Source: Gemmatimonadales bacterium
GTDB lineage: Bacteria > Gemmatimonadota > Gemmatimonadetes > Gemmatimonadales > GWC2-71-9
Direction of reading: 5' to 3'
DNA: 64,000 nucleotides
Assembly: GCA_035505915.1 (NCBI GenBank)
Contig: DATJQI010000054.1
Location: 29,854-93,853 of the forward strand
The first letter of the stretch is position 1. Each line of letters starts with the position of its first letter. This document shows, in pieces, positions 9,691-20,242 of this stretch. The position numbers were made by a program, and so were the translations under genes. The notes under the pieces were generated by a model that was not told the origin of the DNA, did not search any database, and was given only the letters and a program-made list of their open reading frames with translations.

Positions 9691-10809
9691 GTGCTCTACC
9701 ACCTGCTGGCGCCACTCGCGAAGAAGCACATCCTGTTCAACCTCTTCAACTACATCACCTTTCGCATCGCCGGCGCCACCGCGACAGCCCTGGTGGTCGC
9801 CTTTCTCATCGGTCCCTGGATCATCGAGATCCTGAAGCGGCGGAACGTGGGCCAGGTGGTTCGCGCGGAGGGACCCGCCAGCCATCAGGGGAAGCGCGGC
9901 ACGCCGACCATGGGCGGGTTGATCATCATCATCGCGACCGTCGTTCCCACGCTGCTCTGGGCCCGGCTCGACACCCGGTACGTGCTGGTCGCGGTCGTGG
10001 CGACCCTGTGGATGGGGACCATCGGCTTTCTCGACGACTACCTGAAGATCGTGCGCGCGAAGTCGCAGGGACTGGTGGCCCGGTGGAAGCTGGTGGGGCA
10101 GGTGACCTTCGGGCTGGCGCTCGGCGCGTTCCTCGTGACCTGGCCCTTCGTGGATCGCTGGGCCACCGCCACGCAGCTGCCGCTCTTCAAGTACGTCTTC
10201 GTGGTGCTGCCGTGGCCCATCTACCTCGCCTTCGTCACGCTGGTGGTCACCGGCTCCTCCAACGCGGTGAACCTCACGGACGGGCTGGACGGGCTCGCCA
10301 CCGGGCTCACGGCCATCGTCGCCGGCGCGTTCACGATCTTTGCCTACGTCTTCGGTCGCGCCGACTACTCGCGGTACCTCGGCGTCCTGTACTCTCCCGG
10401 CGCGGGTGAGCTCGCCGTCTTCTGCGCCGCGCTGCTGGGCGCCAGTCTGGGATTCCTCTGGTACAACGCGCACCCCGCCAAGGTCTTCATGGGGGACACC
10501 GGCTCCCTCGCCATCGGCGGCGCGCTCGGCACCATCGCCATCATGCTCAAGGCCGAGTTCCTGCTGCTCATCGCGGGAGGCGTGTTCGTGGCCGAGACGC
10601 TCTCCGTGATGGTGCAAGTGAACGTATACCGGTGGAACCGGCGGTCCCGCGGCAAGGAATACGCCGACGCCCACCGGGTCTTCCGGATGGCGCCGCTGCA
10701 CCACCACTTCGAAAAGCTGGGATGGGCGGAGCCGCTGGTCGTGACGCGCTTCTACATCCTGGGCGTGCTGTGCGCGGCCATCGCGCTCGCCACGCTCAAG
10801 GTGCGATGA
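9691..10809 (+). CDS. mraY: phospho-N-acetylmuramoyl-pentapeptide transferase
   Basis: Polytopic membrane protein with GTPTMGG, NAVNLTDGLDGLA and MGDTGSLA motifs. Confidence 0.92.
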   Translation: MLYHLLAPLAKKHILFNLFNYITFRIAGATATALVVAFLIGPWIIEILKRRNVGQVVRAEGPASHQGKRGTPTMGGLIIIIATVVPTLLWARLDTRYVLVAVVATLWMGTIGFLDDYLKIVRAKSQGLVARWKLVGQVTFGLALGAFLVTWPFVDRWATATQLPLFKYVFVVLPWPIYLAFVTLVVTGSSNAVNLTDGLDGLATGLTAIVAGAFTIFAYVFGRADYSRYLGVLYSPGAGELAVFCAALLGASLGFLWYNAHPAKVFMGDTGSLAIGGALGTIAIMLKAEFLLLIAGGVFVAETLSVMVQVNVYRWNRRSRGKEYADAHRVFRMAPLHHHFEKLGWAEPLVVTRFYILGVLCAAIALATLKVR

Positions 10810-12158
10810 ACCTCCCCGATTCCTGGAAGCACGGCACCGTCGCGGTCATCGGGCTGGGCAAGAGCGGCGTCGCCGCCACTCGGCTCTTGGCCCGCGAGGG
10901 CGTGAAGGTCTACGCGAGCGACGGCTCCGCCCACCCGTACGCCGGAGACGCCCTCGAAGCGCTCGGGGCCCTGCCGGGCGTCGAGGTCGAGATCGGCCAT
11001 CACAACCTCGCCAAGATCCGGCACGCGGCCGGCGTCGTGGTCTCGCCCGGCGTGCCGCCCGACGCTCCGCCCCTGGCCGCCGCCCGCGATGCCGGGATCG
11101 CGGTGGTCTCGGAGCTCGACCTCGGTTTCCGTGCCCTCGGAGACACGCGGACCATCGTGATCACCGGCACGAACGGAAAGACCACCACCACGGCCCTGAT
11201 CGCCCATCTCCTGCGCTCCGCGGGCCTGCCGGCCGAAGCGGTGGGGAACATCGGGCGGCCGGTGTCGGACCTGGCCCTGTCGGTGCCGCGGCCGCGGTGG
11301 CTGGCGGTCGAGGTGTCGTCGTTCCAGCTCCACGACTCGCCCAACCTCGCCCCCGACATCGGGGTGCTCACCAACCTGGCCCCGGACCACCTGGACCGGT
11401 ACGCCACGGTGGACGAGTACTACGCCGACAAGGCGCTGCTCTTCCGGAACGCCACCCCCGACAGCATCTGGGTCCTGAACGGCGACGATCCGACGGTGCT
11501 GAAGCTGGCCGCCGGGGTGCGGGGGGCGGTGGCCCGGTTCTCCATCGCCCATCCGGCCGACGCGTGGTTCGACCGGGCGGGGCGCCGCCTGATGCTGGGC
11601 GGAGAGCCGCTGCTCGACCGGGACGAGCTGGCGCTCCTGGGCGCCCACAACGTGGCCAATGCGCTCGCGGGCGCGCTCGCCCTCGAGCACGCGGGCGTGG
11701 CGCCGGCGACGATCGCCGAGGGCCTGCGGACCTTCCGGGCGCTGCCGCACCGGCTCGAACCGGTCCGCGAAGTGGGCGGCGTGCTCTGGATCAACGACTC
11801 GAAGGCCACGAACATCGCGTCGACCGTGGTGGCCGTCGAGGCGATGAGGCGTCCCTTCGTCCTGCTCTTGGGCGGGCGGCACAAGGGAGAGCCGTACACC
11901 CGGCTCGGCCCGCTCCTCAAGGAGCGCTGCCGGCTCGTCATCGCGTACGGCGAGGCGGGTCCCCTGGTGGCGGGGGACCTCCAGGGACAGGTGCCGCTCG
12001 CCCGGGGCACCACGTTCGCCGACGTGCTCGAGCAGGCCCGGAGGGCCGCGCAGCCGGGGGATGCCGTGCTGCTGTCGCCGGCGTGCTCGAGTTACGACCA
12101 GTTCCAGAATTACGAGGAGCGGGGCGCCGTCTTCCGGAGCTTTGCGGAGAGTCTGTGA
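10806..12158 (+). CDS. murD: UDP-N-acetylmuramoylalanine--D-glutamate ligase
   Basis: MNLPDSWKHGTVAVIGLGKSGVA N-terminus and ITGTNGKTTTT P-loop. ATGA overlap with the mraY stop. The upstream part of the 10632 ORF overlaps mraY. Confidence 0.9.
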   Translation: MNLPDSWKHGTVAVIGLGKSGVAATRLLAREGVKVYASDGSAHPYAGDALEALGALPGVEVEIGHHNLAKIRHAAGVVVSPGVPPDAPPLAAARDAGIAVVSELDLGFRALGDTRTIVITGTNGKTTTTALIAHLLRSAGLPAEAVGNIGRPVSDLALSVPRPRWLAVEVSSFQLHDSPNLAPDIGVLTNLAPDHLDRYATVDEYYADKALLFRNATPDSIWVLNGDDPTVLKLAAGVRGAVARFSIAHPADAWFDRAGRRLMLGGEPLLDRDELALLGAHNVANALAGALALEHAGVAPATIAEGLRTFRALPHRLEPVREVGGVLWINDSKATNIASTVVAVEAMRRPFVLLLGGRHKGEPYTRLGPLLKERCRLVIAYGEAGPLVAGDLQGQVPLARGTTFADVLEQARRAAQPGDAVLLSPACSSYDQFQNYEERGAVFRSFAESL

Positions 12159-13285
12159 GAGACACGCAATGGGAGACCCGGCTCCTCGCGATCCTGGCGG
12201 CCGCGCTCATCGTGGTGGGAATGGTGTCGGTGTACGGCGCGTCCAGCCTGGTCAGCACCGGGGGGGGTGTGGTCGGCGCGGGGTTCTTCCTCAAGCAGGC
12301 GATCGGCGCGGCGGTGGGCGGCATCGGCGCCACCATCCTGGCCCGCACCGATTACCACGTCTGGCAGCGCTGGGCCTGGCCGATTCTCGCCGTGACCCTG
12401 CTCCTGCTCCTGTTGCCGGTTCTGCCGTTCACGCACCTCATCGCGCCCACCCTGAACGGCGCCCGCCGCTGGGTGCACGTGGGCTTCGTCCAGATGCAGC
12501 CGTCCGAGCTCGCCAAGTTCTCCGTGGTCTGCTGGACCTCGATGCTCGCGGCCAAGAAGGGCGATCAGATCCGCGCGTTCAAGCTGGGCCTCTTGCCCTT
12601 CCTCGTGGTGCTCGTGCCGCTGATCGGCCTGGTGTTTCTCGAACCCAACCTGTCGATGGCCCTGCTCCTGTCCCTGCTCGCCGGCATCGTGCTCTTCGCG
12701 GCCGGAGCCCGGATCGGCCACTTCCTGCTGCTCGGCATCGCCGCGCCGCCCATCCTGTTCGGCGCGGTGGCCAGCGCGCAGTACCGGCTGGCGCGGGTGC
12801 TGACGTTCCTCGCGTCCGGCAGCGCGCCCACCGAGGCCCAGTCGCAGGTGCACCAGTCGCTGGTGGGCATCGGGGCCGGACGGCTCATCGGGGTCGGCTT
12901 CGGGCAGGGCCAGCAGAAGCTGGGGTACCTGCCGTACGCGTACTCGGATTTCATATTTTCCACGATCGCCGAGGAGTGGGGGTTCATCGGCGTGCTGGTG
13001 ATCGTGCTCTGCTTCGCCGGGATCATCTGGCTCGGTTTCCGGATCGCGCGCCGGGCGCCCGACGCGTTCGGGCAGCTGCTCGCGACGGGCCTGACCGCGC
13101 TGATCGGCGTCACCGCCATCCTGCACATCGCCGTCACGCTCGCCGTGATGCCCGCGACGGGAATCACCCTGCCGCTCATCTCGTACGGCCGGACCAGCCT
13201 GTTCGTCTCCCTCGCGGCCGTGGGGGTGCTGATCAGCGTGGGGCACGGGTCGGAAGGCGGCGGGCGCCGGAAAGCCACGAAGTGA
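12155..13285 (+). CDS. ftsW: peptidoglycan glycosyltransferase FtsW (SEDS family)
   Basis: Multi-TM FtsW/RodA/SpoVE pattern (QPSELAKF, SDFIFSTIAEEWG). GTGA overlap with the murD stop. Confidence 0.85.
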   Translation: MRDTQWETRLLAILAAALIVVGMVSVYGASSLVSTGGGVVGAGFFLKQAIGAAVGGIGATILARTDYHVWQRWAWPILAVTLLLLLLPVLPFTHLIAPTLNGARRWVHVGFVQMQPSELAKFSVVCWTSMLAAKKGDQIRAFKLGLLPFLVVLVPLIGLVFLEPNLSMALLLSLLAGIVLFAAGARIGHFLLLGIAAPPILFGAVASAQYRLARVLTFLASGSAPTEAQSQVHQSLVGIGAGRLIGVGFGQGQQKLGYLPYAYSDFIFSTIAEEWGFIGVLVIVLCFAGIIWLGFRIARRAPDAFGQLLATGLTALIGVTAILHIAVTLAVMPATGITLPLISYGRTSLFVSLAAVGVLISVGHGSEGGGRRKATK

Positions 13286-14367
13286 AGATCCTCATCGCGG
13301 GAGGCGGCACCGGCGGTCATCTGACGCCCGCGCTTGCGCTGGCCGACGCCTTCCGGAAGGCGCGCCCCGAGCTGGAAGTGATGCTCGTGGGCGCGGAGCG
13401 GGGCATCGAGGCGCAGGTGCTGCCGCGGCATCCGTATCCGTTCACGCTGCTGCCGCTCCATCCCATCTACCGGCACGCCTGGTGGAAGAACCTCCAGTGG
13501 CCGGTCCTGGCGGTCAGTCTCTGGCGGAAGATCGGGGCGCTCCTCGCCGAGACGCACCCCGTCCTGGTGGTGGGGACCGGCGGGTACGCGTCGGGCCCCG
13601 TGGTCTACCACGCACAGCGCTCCGGCATCCCGACCGCGATTCAGGAGTCGGATGCCTTCCCCGGGATCGCCACCCGCTGGCTCGCCGGCAACGCCCGTCA
13701 GATCCACCTCGGCTTCCCGGAGGCGCGGGAGCGCATCCGCCCCGGCCCCGAGACCCAGGTTTTCGCGTTCGGGAATCCCATCAAGCCGCCGGAGCCGGGG
13801 GACCGCGGGGCGGCGGTGCGCGACCTGGGGCTCGATCCTGACCGGCCGACCGTGCTGGTCTTCGGCGGCGGGCAGGGCGCACGGGCGATCAACTACGCCG
13901 TGGCCGGGGCCCTGGAGCACGGTCACCTGGAAGCAGTGAACCTGATTTGGGGGACCGGAAGCGCCAACTTCGGCGAGCTCTCGGGCTACGCCAAGCCGGG
14001 GCGGGTGGTGGCGCAGGGCTATTTCGATCCGATGACTCCGGTGTACCGGGCCGCGGACCTGGTGGTCAGCCGGGCCGGCGCGGTGACGATCGCCGAGGTG
14101 TGCGCCTGGGGTAAGGCGAGCGTGCTGATTCCGCTGCCGACGGCGGCCGCCAATCACCAGGTGGAGAACGCGCGCGCCCTGGCGAGCGCCGGCGCGGCCG
14201 TGATGCTCGAGGAGTCGGGGCTCACGCCGCAGTCCCTCGCGCGGACGATCGGCGACCTGGTGGCGGACGCGGGTCGCCGCGAGTCGCTGGCGGCTGCCGC
14301 TCGAGGCCGAGGGCATCCGAATTCGTCTCAGGAGGTAGTGTCGCAATTATTGACACTCATTTCCTGA
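13282..14367 (+). CDS. murG: undecaprenyldiphospho-muramoylpentapeptide beta-N-acetylglucosaminyltransferase
   Basis: KILIAGGGTGGHLTPALALA N-terminus. GTGA overlap with the ftsW stop. Confidence 0.9.
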   Translation: MKILIAGGGTGGHLTPALALADAFRKARPELEVMLVGAERGIEAQVLPRHPYPFTLLPLHPIYRHAWWKNLQWPVLAVSLWRKIGALLAETHPVLVVGTGGYASGPVVYHAQRSGIPTAIQESDAFPGIATRWLAGNARQIHLGFPEARERIRPGPETQVFAFGNPIKPPEPGDRGAAVRDLGLDPDRPTVLVFGGGQGARAINYAVAGALEHGHLEAVNLIWGTGSANFGELSGYAKPGRVVAQGYFDPMTPVYRAADLVVSRAGAVTIAEVCAWGKASVLIPLPTAAANHQVENARALASAGAAVMLEESGLTPQSLARTIGDLVADAGRRESLAAAARGRGHPNSSQEVVSQLLTLIS

Positions 14368-14379
14368 GGGGTGCACTCT

Positions 14380-14407
14380 TTCGCAAGTCTAGTAGATTCC
14401 CTATATT
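14380..14407 (+). promoter_or_regulatory. candidate internal dcw promoter: TTCGCA, 16 nt spacer, TATATT; 12 nt upstream of the murC ATG
   Basis: It lies in the only AT-rich island in the dcw cluster (about 14340-14420). Hexamers were read directly. A consensus TTGACA also sits at 14350-14355 without an obvious -10 partner. Confidence 0.45.
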
Positions 14408-14419
14408 AGCCCACCACAG

Positions 14420-15811
14420 ATGACCTTGTTTGCACCCGGGGACCCCCGGCCAGTCCACTTTATGGGCATCGCCGGCGCCGGGATGAGCGCGTTGGCGCTG
14501 ATCGCCAAGCGTCGCGGGGTCCAGGTTTCGGGGTGTGACCAGGATCCGGCTGGGGCGCAAGATCTTGTGGCGCTGGGGGTTCCGGTGTGGGGGGGGCACG
14601 ATCCAGGCCACCTCGAAGGTGTTCGGGCGATGGTGGTTACGGCGGCCATCCCGCGGGACCACCCGGAAGTGGAGCGGGCCCGGCAGCTCGGAATACCCGT
14701 CATTCGGAGGGCCGACGCCCTCGGAGAAGCCGTCGCCGGAGGGACGGTCGTGGCGGTCGCGGGGACGCACGGAAAGACGACCACCACGGTCATGGTGACG
14801 GAGGGGTTGGCGGCCGCCGGACGAAATCCCACGGGACTCGTCGGCGGCCGCGTCGCAGGGTGGGGCGGGAACGCGCGGCAGGGCGGCACCGAGCTGTTCG
14901 TGGTCGAGGCCGACGAGTACGACAAGGCGTTTCTGTCTCTGCATCCGACGGTGGCGGTGGTGAACAACGTCGAGGCCGATCACCTGGAGTGCTACGGCAC
15001 GGTGGCGGACCTCGAGGCGGCCTTCGTGGACTTCGCCGGCCGGGCGCAGCGCGTCATCGCGTCGGCCGACGACGCCGGGGCGCGACGTGTCACCGAAGCC
15101 CTCCGGGTGCCGGTCTGGACGGTGGGCACCGAGCGCGCCGACGTACGGATCCGGGACGCGCATTTCGAGCCCGACGGCTCGCGCGCGCGGATCCAGCTGC
15201 CGAACGGCGACGCCGTGGCGCTCACCCTGCGGGTGCCCGGCGCGCACAACGTCCGGAACGCCGCCGCGGCGCTCGCCGCGGTTCTGGCGGTGGGCGCGAA
15301 CGTCCGCTCGGCCGCCGCCGCGCTCGCGGAGTTCCGCGGCGTGGCGCGCCGGTTCGAGCGGCTCGGCGAAGCGGGCGGGGTGGTGGTGGTCGACGACTAC
15401 GCCCACCATCCCACCGAAGTCGCGGCCACGCTGGCGGGCGCGCGGCAGGCATTTCCGGACCGGCGGGTGGTGGCGGTCTTCCAGCCGCATCTGTACTCCC
15501 GGACCGCGGCGCACGGAGAGGCGCTGGGCCGCGCCCTGGGTGCGGCGGATCTGGTGGTGGTCGCGCCGATCTACGGCGCGCGGGAGGCGCCGCTGCCGGG
15601 CGTCACGAGCGACGTGGTGGTGCGCGCCGCGCGGGCGGCGGGCGCCGAGACGGTGGCGGTGGGGGATCGGCGCGAGCTGACGGAGCGCGTGGCGGCCGTG
15701 CTTCTCCCGGGAGACCTGCTCCTGACGATGGGCGCCGGGGATGTGACGCGGGTGGGGCCCGAGATTCTCGCGGCGCGGCGCGCGCCGGAGCGCCAGCGGG
15801 CCGCGCGGTGA
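14420..15811 (+). CDS. murC: UDP-N-acetylmuramate--L-alanine ligase
   Basis: VHFMGIAGAGMSALA and VAGTHGKTTTT motifs. Confidence 0.92.
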   Translation: MTLFAPGDPRPVHFMGIAGAGMSALALIAKRRGVQVSGCDQDPAGAQDLVALGVPVWGGHDPGHLEGVRAMVVTAAIPRDHPEVERARQLGIPVIRRADALGEAVAGGTVVAVAGTHGKTTTTVMVTEGLAAAGRNPTGLVGGRVAGWGGNARQGGTELFVVEADEYDKAFLSLHPTVAVVNNVEADHLECYGTVADLEAAFVDFAGRAQRVIASADDAGARRVTEALRVPVWTVGTERADVRIRDAHFEPDGSRARIQLPNGDAVALTLRVPGAHNVRNAAAALAAVLAVGANVRSAAAALAEFRGVARRFERLGEAGGVVVVDDYAHHPTEVAATLAGARQAFPDRRVVAVFQPHLYSRTAAHGEALGRALGAADLVVVAPIYGAREAPLPGVTSDVVVRAARAAGAETVAVGDRRELTERVAAVLLPGDLLLTMGAGDVTRVGPEILAARRAPERQRAAR

Positions 15812-16515
15812 AGGGCTGGCTCGGGCGCCTGGGCGAGCGGCGGGTATGGCTGCCGCTCGCGGTGGTCCTCGGGCTCCTGGTCTTGTGGTTCGGGGTCCCG
15901 GTGCTGGCGCGGCACCTGTCGTTCTTCCGCGTCCGGCAGGTCGAGCTGGTCGGTGTGCGCAATCTCGCACCCGAGGCGGTGATTCAGGCGCTGGGGCTCG
16001 GAGCGCGGGCGAGCGTGTTCGATCCCGCCGGGCCGCTCGAGGCGCGGGTGCGGGCGCTCCCCGGAGTCGCCGGCGTCCGGGTCGCCCGGCATCTCCCCGG
16101 CGCGCTCGCGGTGATCGTGCGCGAAGTGGAGCCGGCGGCGTTCGTGCCGGGCCCCCGGGGACTCGTGGTGGTGGACGCGGCGGGACATCCGCTGCCGTTC
16201 GACCCGGCCCGGACCGTGCTGGATTTGCCGCTGGCGGCGACCGCCGACTCCGGCTTGGCGGCGATTCTGGGACTGATCCGCGCGCTCGATCCCGCGCTGT
16301 TCCAGGCGATCGTGTCGGCGCGGCGCGTGGGGCACGGAGACGTGCTGCTGGACGAAGGCGGGCGCCGGATTCTGGTGGGCCCCGATCCGCAACCGGAGGT
16401 CATTCAGGCGGTGGTGCAGGTTCAACAGGAGTTGTCGGCCAAGGGACGCTCCTATGCGGAGCTCGACGCGCGGTACGCCGGCCAGATCGTGGTCCGGCGG
16501 AGGGCGAGCTCGTGA
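15808..16515 (+). CDS. ftsQ: cell division protein FtsQ (POTRA domain)
   Basis: N-terminal TM helix (WLPLAVVLGLLVLWFGV) followed by FRVRQVELVGVRNL POTRA-like sequence. GTGA overlap with the murC stop. Confidence 0.8.
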   Translation: MKGWLGRLGERRVWLPLAVVLGLLVLWFGVPVLARHLSFFRVRQVELVGVRNLAPEAVIQALGLGARASVFDPAGPLEARVRALPGVAGVRVARHLPGALAVIVREVEPAAFVPGPRGLVVVDAAGHPLPFDPARTVLDLPLAATADSGLAAILGLIRALDPALFQAIVSARRVGHGDVLLDEGGRRILVGPDPQPEVIQAVVQVQQELSAKGRSYAELDARYAGQIVVRRRASS

Positions 16516-17786
16516 GCCGCAGCGAACGCCGGCTGGTGGCCGGGCTGGACCTGGGCAGCACCAAGACCTGCGCCGTGATCGGCGAGGTGACCGTCGATCT
16601 GCCCCGGGTGCCGATGGTGAAGATCCTCGGCGTGGGCGTCGCGAAGAACAACGGCGTCCGGCGGGGGATGGTCCGGGACATCGAGGAAACCGCGCGCTCC
16701 GTCACCGCCGCGATGCGCGACGCGTCGCGGATGGCGGGGGCGACGGTGACCGAGGTGACCTGCGGCATCGCGGGTGAGCATGTGGCCGCGCGGACGTCCT
16801 CGGGTGTGGTGGCGGTGAGCGGGGACGAGATTTCGCAGGCCGACGTGGACCGCGCCAACGAGGTCGCGCGCGCCGTGGCCCTGGGTCGGGACCTCGAGCT
16901 CCTGCACGGGATCCCCCAGGAGTACCGGGTGGACCAGCAGGGGGAGATCTCGGATCCCATCGGGATGACGGGGACCCGGCTGGAAGTCGAGATGTATCTC
17001 GTCACCGTGCAGGGCACCGCCGCGCAGAATCTCCGGCGGAGCGTGGAGCGCGCGGGATTCAAGGTGGGCCGCCTGGTGCTCGAGCCCCTCGCGGCGTCGT
17101 ACGCGGTGCTGACCGACGACGAGCGCGAGCTGGGCGTGGCGCTGGCCGAGATCGGCGGGCAGTCCACGGGCGTCGCGATCTTCGAGAAGGGCAAGATCCG
17201 GCACCTCGCCTCCCTCAAATTCGCGGGAGGCCACGTGACCTCGGACCTGGTGCAGGGGCTCTCCCTCACGCAGGCCGACGCGGAGCGCGTCAAGGAGCGG
17301 TACGGCAGCGCCTATCAGCCCCTGGTCGATCCCGACGAGATGGTGGAGCTGCCGTCCACGCCCGGGCAGGGCGCGCGCCAGACCCCGCGCGACATGGTGG
17401 CGCACATCATCCACCAGCGCGTGGACGAAATTTTCCAGCTGGTGCGCGCCGAGCTGGCCAAGGCGGGCTACGACGATCCGAAGCGCCTGCCGGCCGGCGT
17501 GGTGCTGACCGGCGGCACGGCCCACCTGCCCGGCTCGGTGGAGCTGGCCCGCGAGGTGTTCGCCATGCCGGTGCGGGCGGGCACCCCCGAGCGGGGACTG
17601 GGCGGGCTGGTGGACAGTGTGCAGGCGCCGCGGTACGCGGTGCCGGTGGGGCTGGCGATGTACGCGGCCCGTCAGCAGGTGCAGGGGGCGGTGAGTGGCG
17701 GCGGCGGAGGGGGCTCACTCGTGGCCGGTCCCGGAGTCGACAAGCTCCTGGGGCCCGTCAAGCGATGGCTGCAGGACTTCTTTTGA
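16512..17786 (+). CDS. ftsA: cell division protein FtsA
   Basis: Actin-fold motifs [18 protein letters not shown] and [16 protein letters not shown] overlap with the ftsQ stop. Confidence 0.9.
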   Translation: MSRSERRLVAGLDLGSTKTCAVIGEVTVDLPRVPMVKILGVGVAKNNGVRRGMVRDIEETARSVTAAMRDASRMAGATVTEVTCGIAGEHVAARTSSGVVAVSGDEISQADVDRANEVARAVALGRDLELLHGIPQEYRVDQQGEISDPIGMTGTRLEVEMYLVTVQGTAAQNLRRSVERAGFKVGRLVLEPLAASYAVLTDDERELGVALAEIGGQSTGVAIFEKGKIRHLASLKFAGGHVTSDLVQGLSLTQADAERVKERYGSAYQPLVDPDEMVELPSTPGQGARQTPRDMVAHIIHQRVDEIFQLVRAELAKAGYDDPKRLPAGVVLTGGTAHLPGSVELAREVFAMPVRAGTPERGLGGLVDSVQAPRYAVPVGLAMYAARQQVQGAVSGGGGGGSLVAGPGVDKLLGPVKRWLQDFF

Positions 17787-17805
17787 TCGGGGACCCGAGG
17801 CAACC

Positions 17806-18987
17806 ATGATCTTCGAGCTCGAAGAGACGGTGGCGCAGAACGCGAGGATGAAAGTCGTCGGCGTGGGCGGCGGCGGCGGCAACGCCCTGAACCGCATGGT
17901 CGACGAGGGCGTGCAGGCCGTCGAGTTCATCTCGGTGAACACCGACGCCCAGGCCCTCCTCAAGAACAAGGCCGATGTCAAAGTGCAGATCGGCAAGAAG
18001 CTCACGCGCGGCCTCGGCGCGGGGGCCCGGCCCGAGATCGGCCGCCAGGCCATCGAGGAGAACCGGGATGAAATCCTCCACGCACTGCAGGGCGCGGACC
18101 TGGTGTTCGTCACCTGCGGCATGGGCGGCGGCACCGGCACGGGCGCCGGACCCATCATCTCCCAGGTCGCGAAGGACCTGGGCGCTCTCACCATCGGCAT
18201 CGTGACCAAGCCCTTCCTGTTCGAGGGCCGGAAGCGGATGAAGCAGGCCGAGATGGGGATCGCGGAGATGCGGAAGCACGTGGACACGATGATCGTCGTG
18301 CCCAACGAGCGGCTGCTCGCCGTCGTCGGCAAGGGGATCCCCTTCCAGGACGCCCTCAAGAAGGCCGACGAGGTGCTCCTCCACGCCACGCAGGGGATCT
18401 CGTCGCTCATCAGCGTGACCGGTCTCGTGAACGTCGATTTCGCCGATGTCCGCACCGTGATGCAGAACGGCGGCTCGGCCCTCATGGGAACCGGCGTGGG
18501 CCGCGGCGAGAGCCGCGCCCTCGAGGCCGCGCAGCAGGCCATCAGCTCACCCCTGCTCGACAACATCCAGATTTCGGGCGCCACCGGCGTGCTGATCAAC
18601 ATCACCGGCGGCGAAGACCTGACGCTCGGCGAAGTGACCGTCATCAGCGAGGCGATTCACGAAGCCGCGGGCGCCGAGGCCGAGATCATCTTCGGCGCGG
18701 TGAGCGACCCGGCGATGCAGGGCGAGGTCCGGGTCACCGTGATCGCCACGGGCTTCGACAAGGCGGGCGTCGCGGGTGAAGCCGCGGCCGCCGCGGCCAC
18801 CGGCGGCGCGCGGACCGGGCCGGGCGTCCTGCCGTTCCGTCCCGCCGCTCGTCCCACGCCGCCCCCGCCGCCGGGATACGTGAAGCCGGTGGAGGTTCCC
18901 AAGCGGCCCACCGCGCCGCCTCCCGCGACCACCGCGGAAGTGAACGAGATGGAGATCCCGACCTTCATCCGGCGGCAGATGGACTGA
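17806..18987 (+). CDS. ftsZ: cell division GTPase FtsZ
   Basis: Tubulin signature [11 protein letters not shown]-terminal [14 protein letters not shown] and a conserved C-terminal peptide EIPTFIRRQ. Confidence 0.95.
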   Translation: MIFELEETVAQNARMKVVGVGGGGGNALNRMVDEGVQAVEFISVNTDAQALLKNKADVKVQIGKKLTRGLGAGARPEIGRQAIEENRDEILHALQGADLVFVTCGMGGGTGTGAGPIISQVAKDLGALTIGIVTKPFLFEGRKRMKQAEMGIAEMRKHVDTMIVVPNERLLAVVGKGIPFQDALKKADEVLLHATQGISSLISVTGLVNVDFADVRTVMQNGGSALMGTGVGRGESRALEAAQQAISSPLLDNIQISGATGVLINITGGEDLTLGEVTVISEAIHEAAGAEAEIIFGAVSDPAMQGEVRVTVIATGFDKAGVAGEAAAAAATGGARTGPGVLPFRPAARPTPPPPPGYVKPVEVPKRPTAPPPATTAEVNEMEIPTFIRRQMD

Positions 18988-20228
18988 TGGTCAACCGGGC
19001 GATCCTCGCGGGTGCGGGCGTCGCGCTCGTCGCCTCGGTCTGGCTGGTGGCCCGCCCGCACCCGCTGACGGCGCCGCCGCTCGTGGTGACGCAGGCGTAC
19101 GATGTGTTCGCGGACACCCTCCGGGCCGATCAGACCCTGGGAGACGTGCTCCAGCGGGCCGGCATCACGGGCCGCACGTACGGCGCACTGCTCGCCGCGG
19201 CCCACGTGCTCGACGCCCGGCGCCTGCGGCCCGGCCTGGTATTCGAATTCCGGCGTCCGAAGACCGACTCGGTCGCGGACCGGATCAGCGTCCGCACCGG
19301 ACCCGAGCAGCGGATCTGGCTGACCCGCACCGGCACGTCCTGGGCCGAGCGGGTCGAGAACATCGCCTGGTCCATGGTGCGGGAGCGGGTGACCGGGACC
19401 ATCACCGACAATCTCTACGACGGCCTGGATCGGGCCATTCCCGACAGCGTGCTGCCGCCGGCGCAGCGGGTGGCGCTCGCCTGGGCCATCGCCGACGTCT
19501 ACGACTGGGAAGTGGACTTCACGCGCGACGTGCGGGCCGGCGACCGCGTCGAAGTCCTGTTCGAGCGGCTCGAGTCGCCCACCGGTGAGAAGCGGTTCGG
19601 GCGGATTCTGGCCGCGCGCGTGGACGTCGCCCGCACGCCGAACTTCGCCTTCCGGTTCGCCGGGGTCGATTCGGCGCGGGCGGGTTACTACGACGAGTCG
19701 GGACGCTCGCTCCGGCGCGCGTTCCTGCGCGCGCCGCTCGCCTTCCGGCGGATCTCGAGCGGCTTCGGCAACCGGTATCACCCCGTCCTGCACCGGTGGC
19801 GGAAGCACGAGGGAATCGACTATGCCGCCGCCTACGGCACGCCGGTCCGGGCGACCGCGGACGGCACCGTGATCCGCCTTGCCTATCAGGCCGACGGGTA
19901 CGGCCGGATGATCGAGCTCCGGCACGCCAACGGCATCCGGACCATCTACGGCCACCTGTCGGCGTACGCCCGGGGCCTCCACGCCGGACAGCGCGTCACT
20001 CAGTCCGAGACCATCGGGTTCGTGGGGTCCACCGGACTGTCCACCGGGCCGCACCTGCACTACGAGTTCCTCGTCAACGGGCACCCCACCAATCCGCAAC
20101 GCAAGGACATGGGCGCCGGGCGCCCGGTGCCGACCGCTCTCAAGCCCCAGTTCGACGTCACGAAGGGCACGCTGCTCGCTCTGCTCGAGCCCCCACCCGC
20201 CACCAACGTCGCGTCGCGCGGGGATTAG
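18987..20228 (+). CDS. M23 family metallopeptidase (membrane anchored)
   Basis: N-terminal TM helix plus HEGIDYAA and GSTGLSTGPHLHYEF LytM/M23 motifs. One-nt overlap with the ftsZ stop. Confidence 0.85.
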   Translation: MVNRAILAGAGVALVASVWLVARPHPLTAPPLVVTQAYDVFADTLRADQTLGDVLQRAGITGRTYGALLAAAHVLDARRLRPGLVFEFRRPKTDSVADRISVRTGPEQRIWLTRTGTSWAERVENIAWSMVRERVTGTITDNLYDGLDRAIPDSVLPPAQRVALAWAIADVYDWEVDFTRDVRAGDRVEVLFERLESPTGEKRFGRILAARVDVARTPNFAFRFAGVDSARAGYYDESGRSLRRAFLRAPLAFRRISSGFGNRYHPVLHRWRKHEGIDYAAAYGTPVRATADGTVIRLAYQADGYGRMIELRHANGIRTIYGHLSAYARGLHAGQRVTQSETIGFVGSTGLSTGPHLHYEFLVNGHPTNPQRKDMGAGRPVPTALKPQFDVTKGTLLALLEPPPATNVASRGD

Positions 20229-20242
20229 CTTCCGTTCATCCG

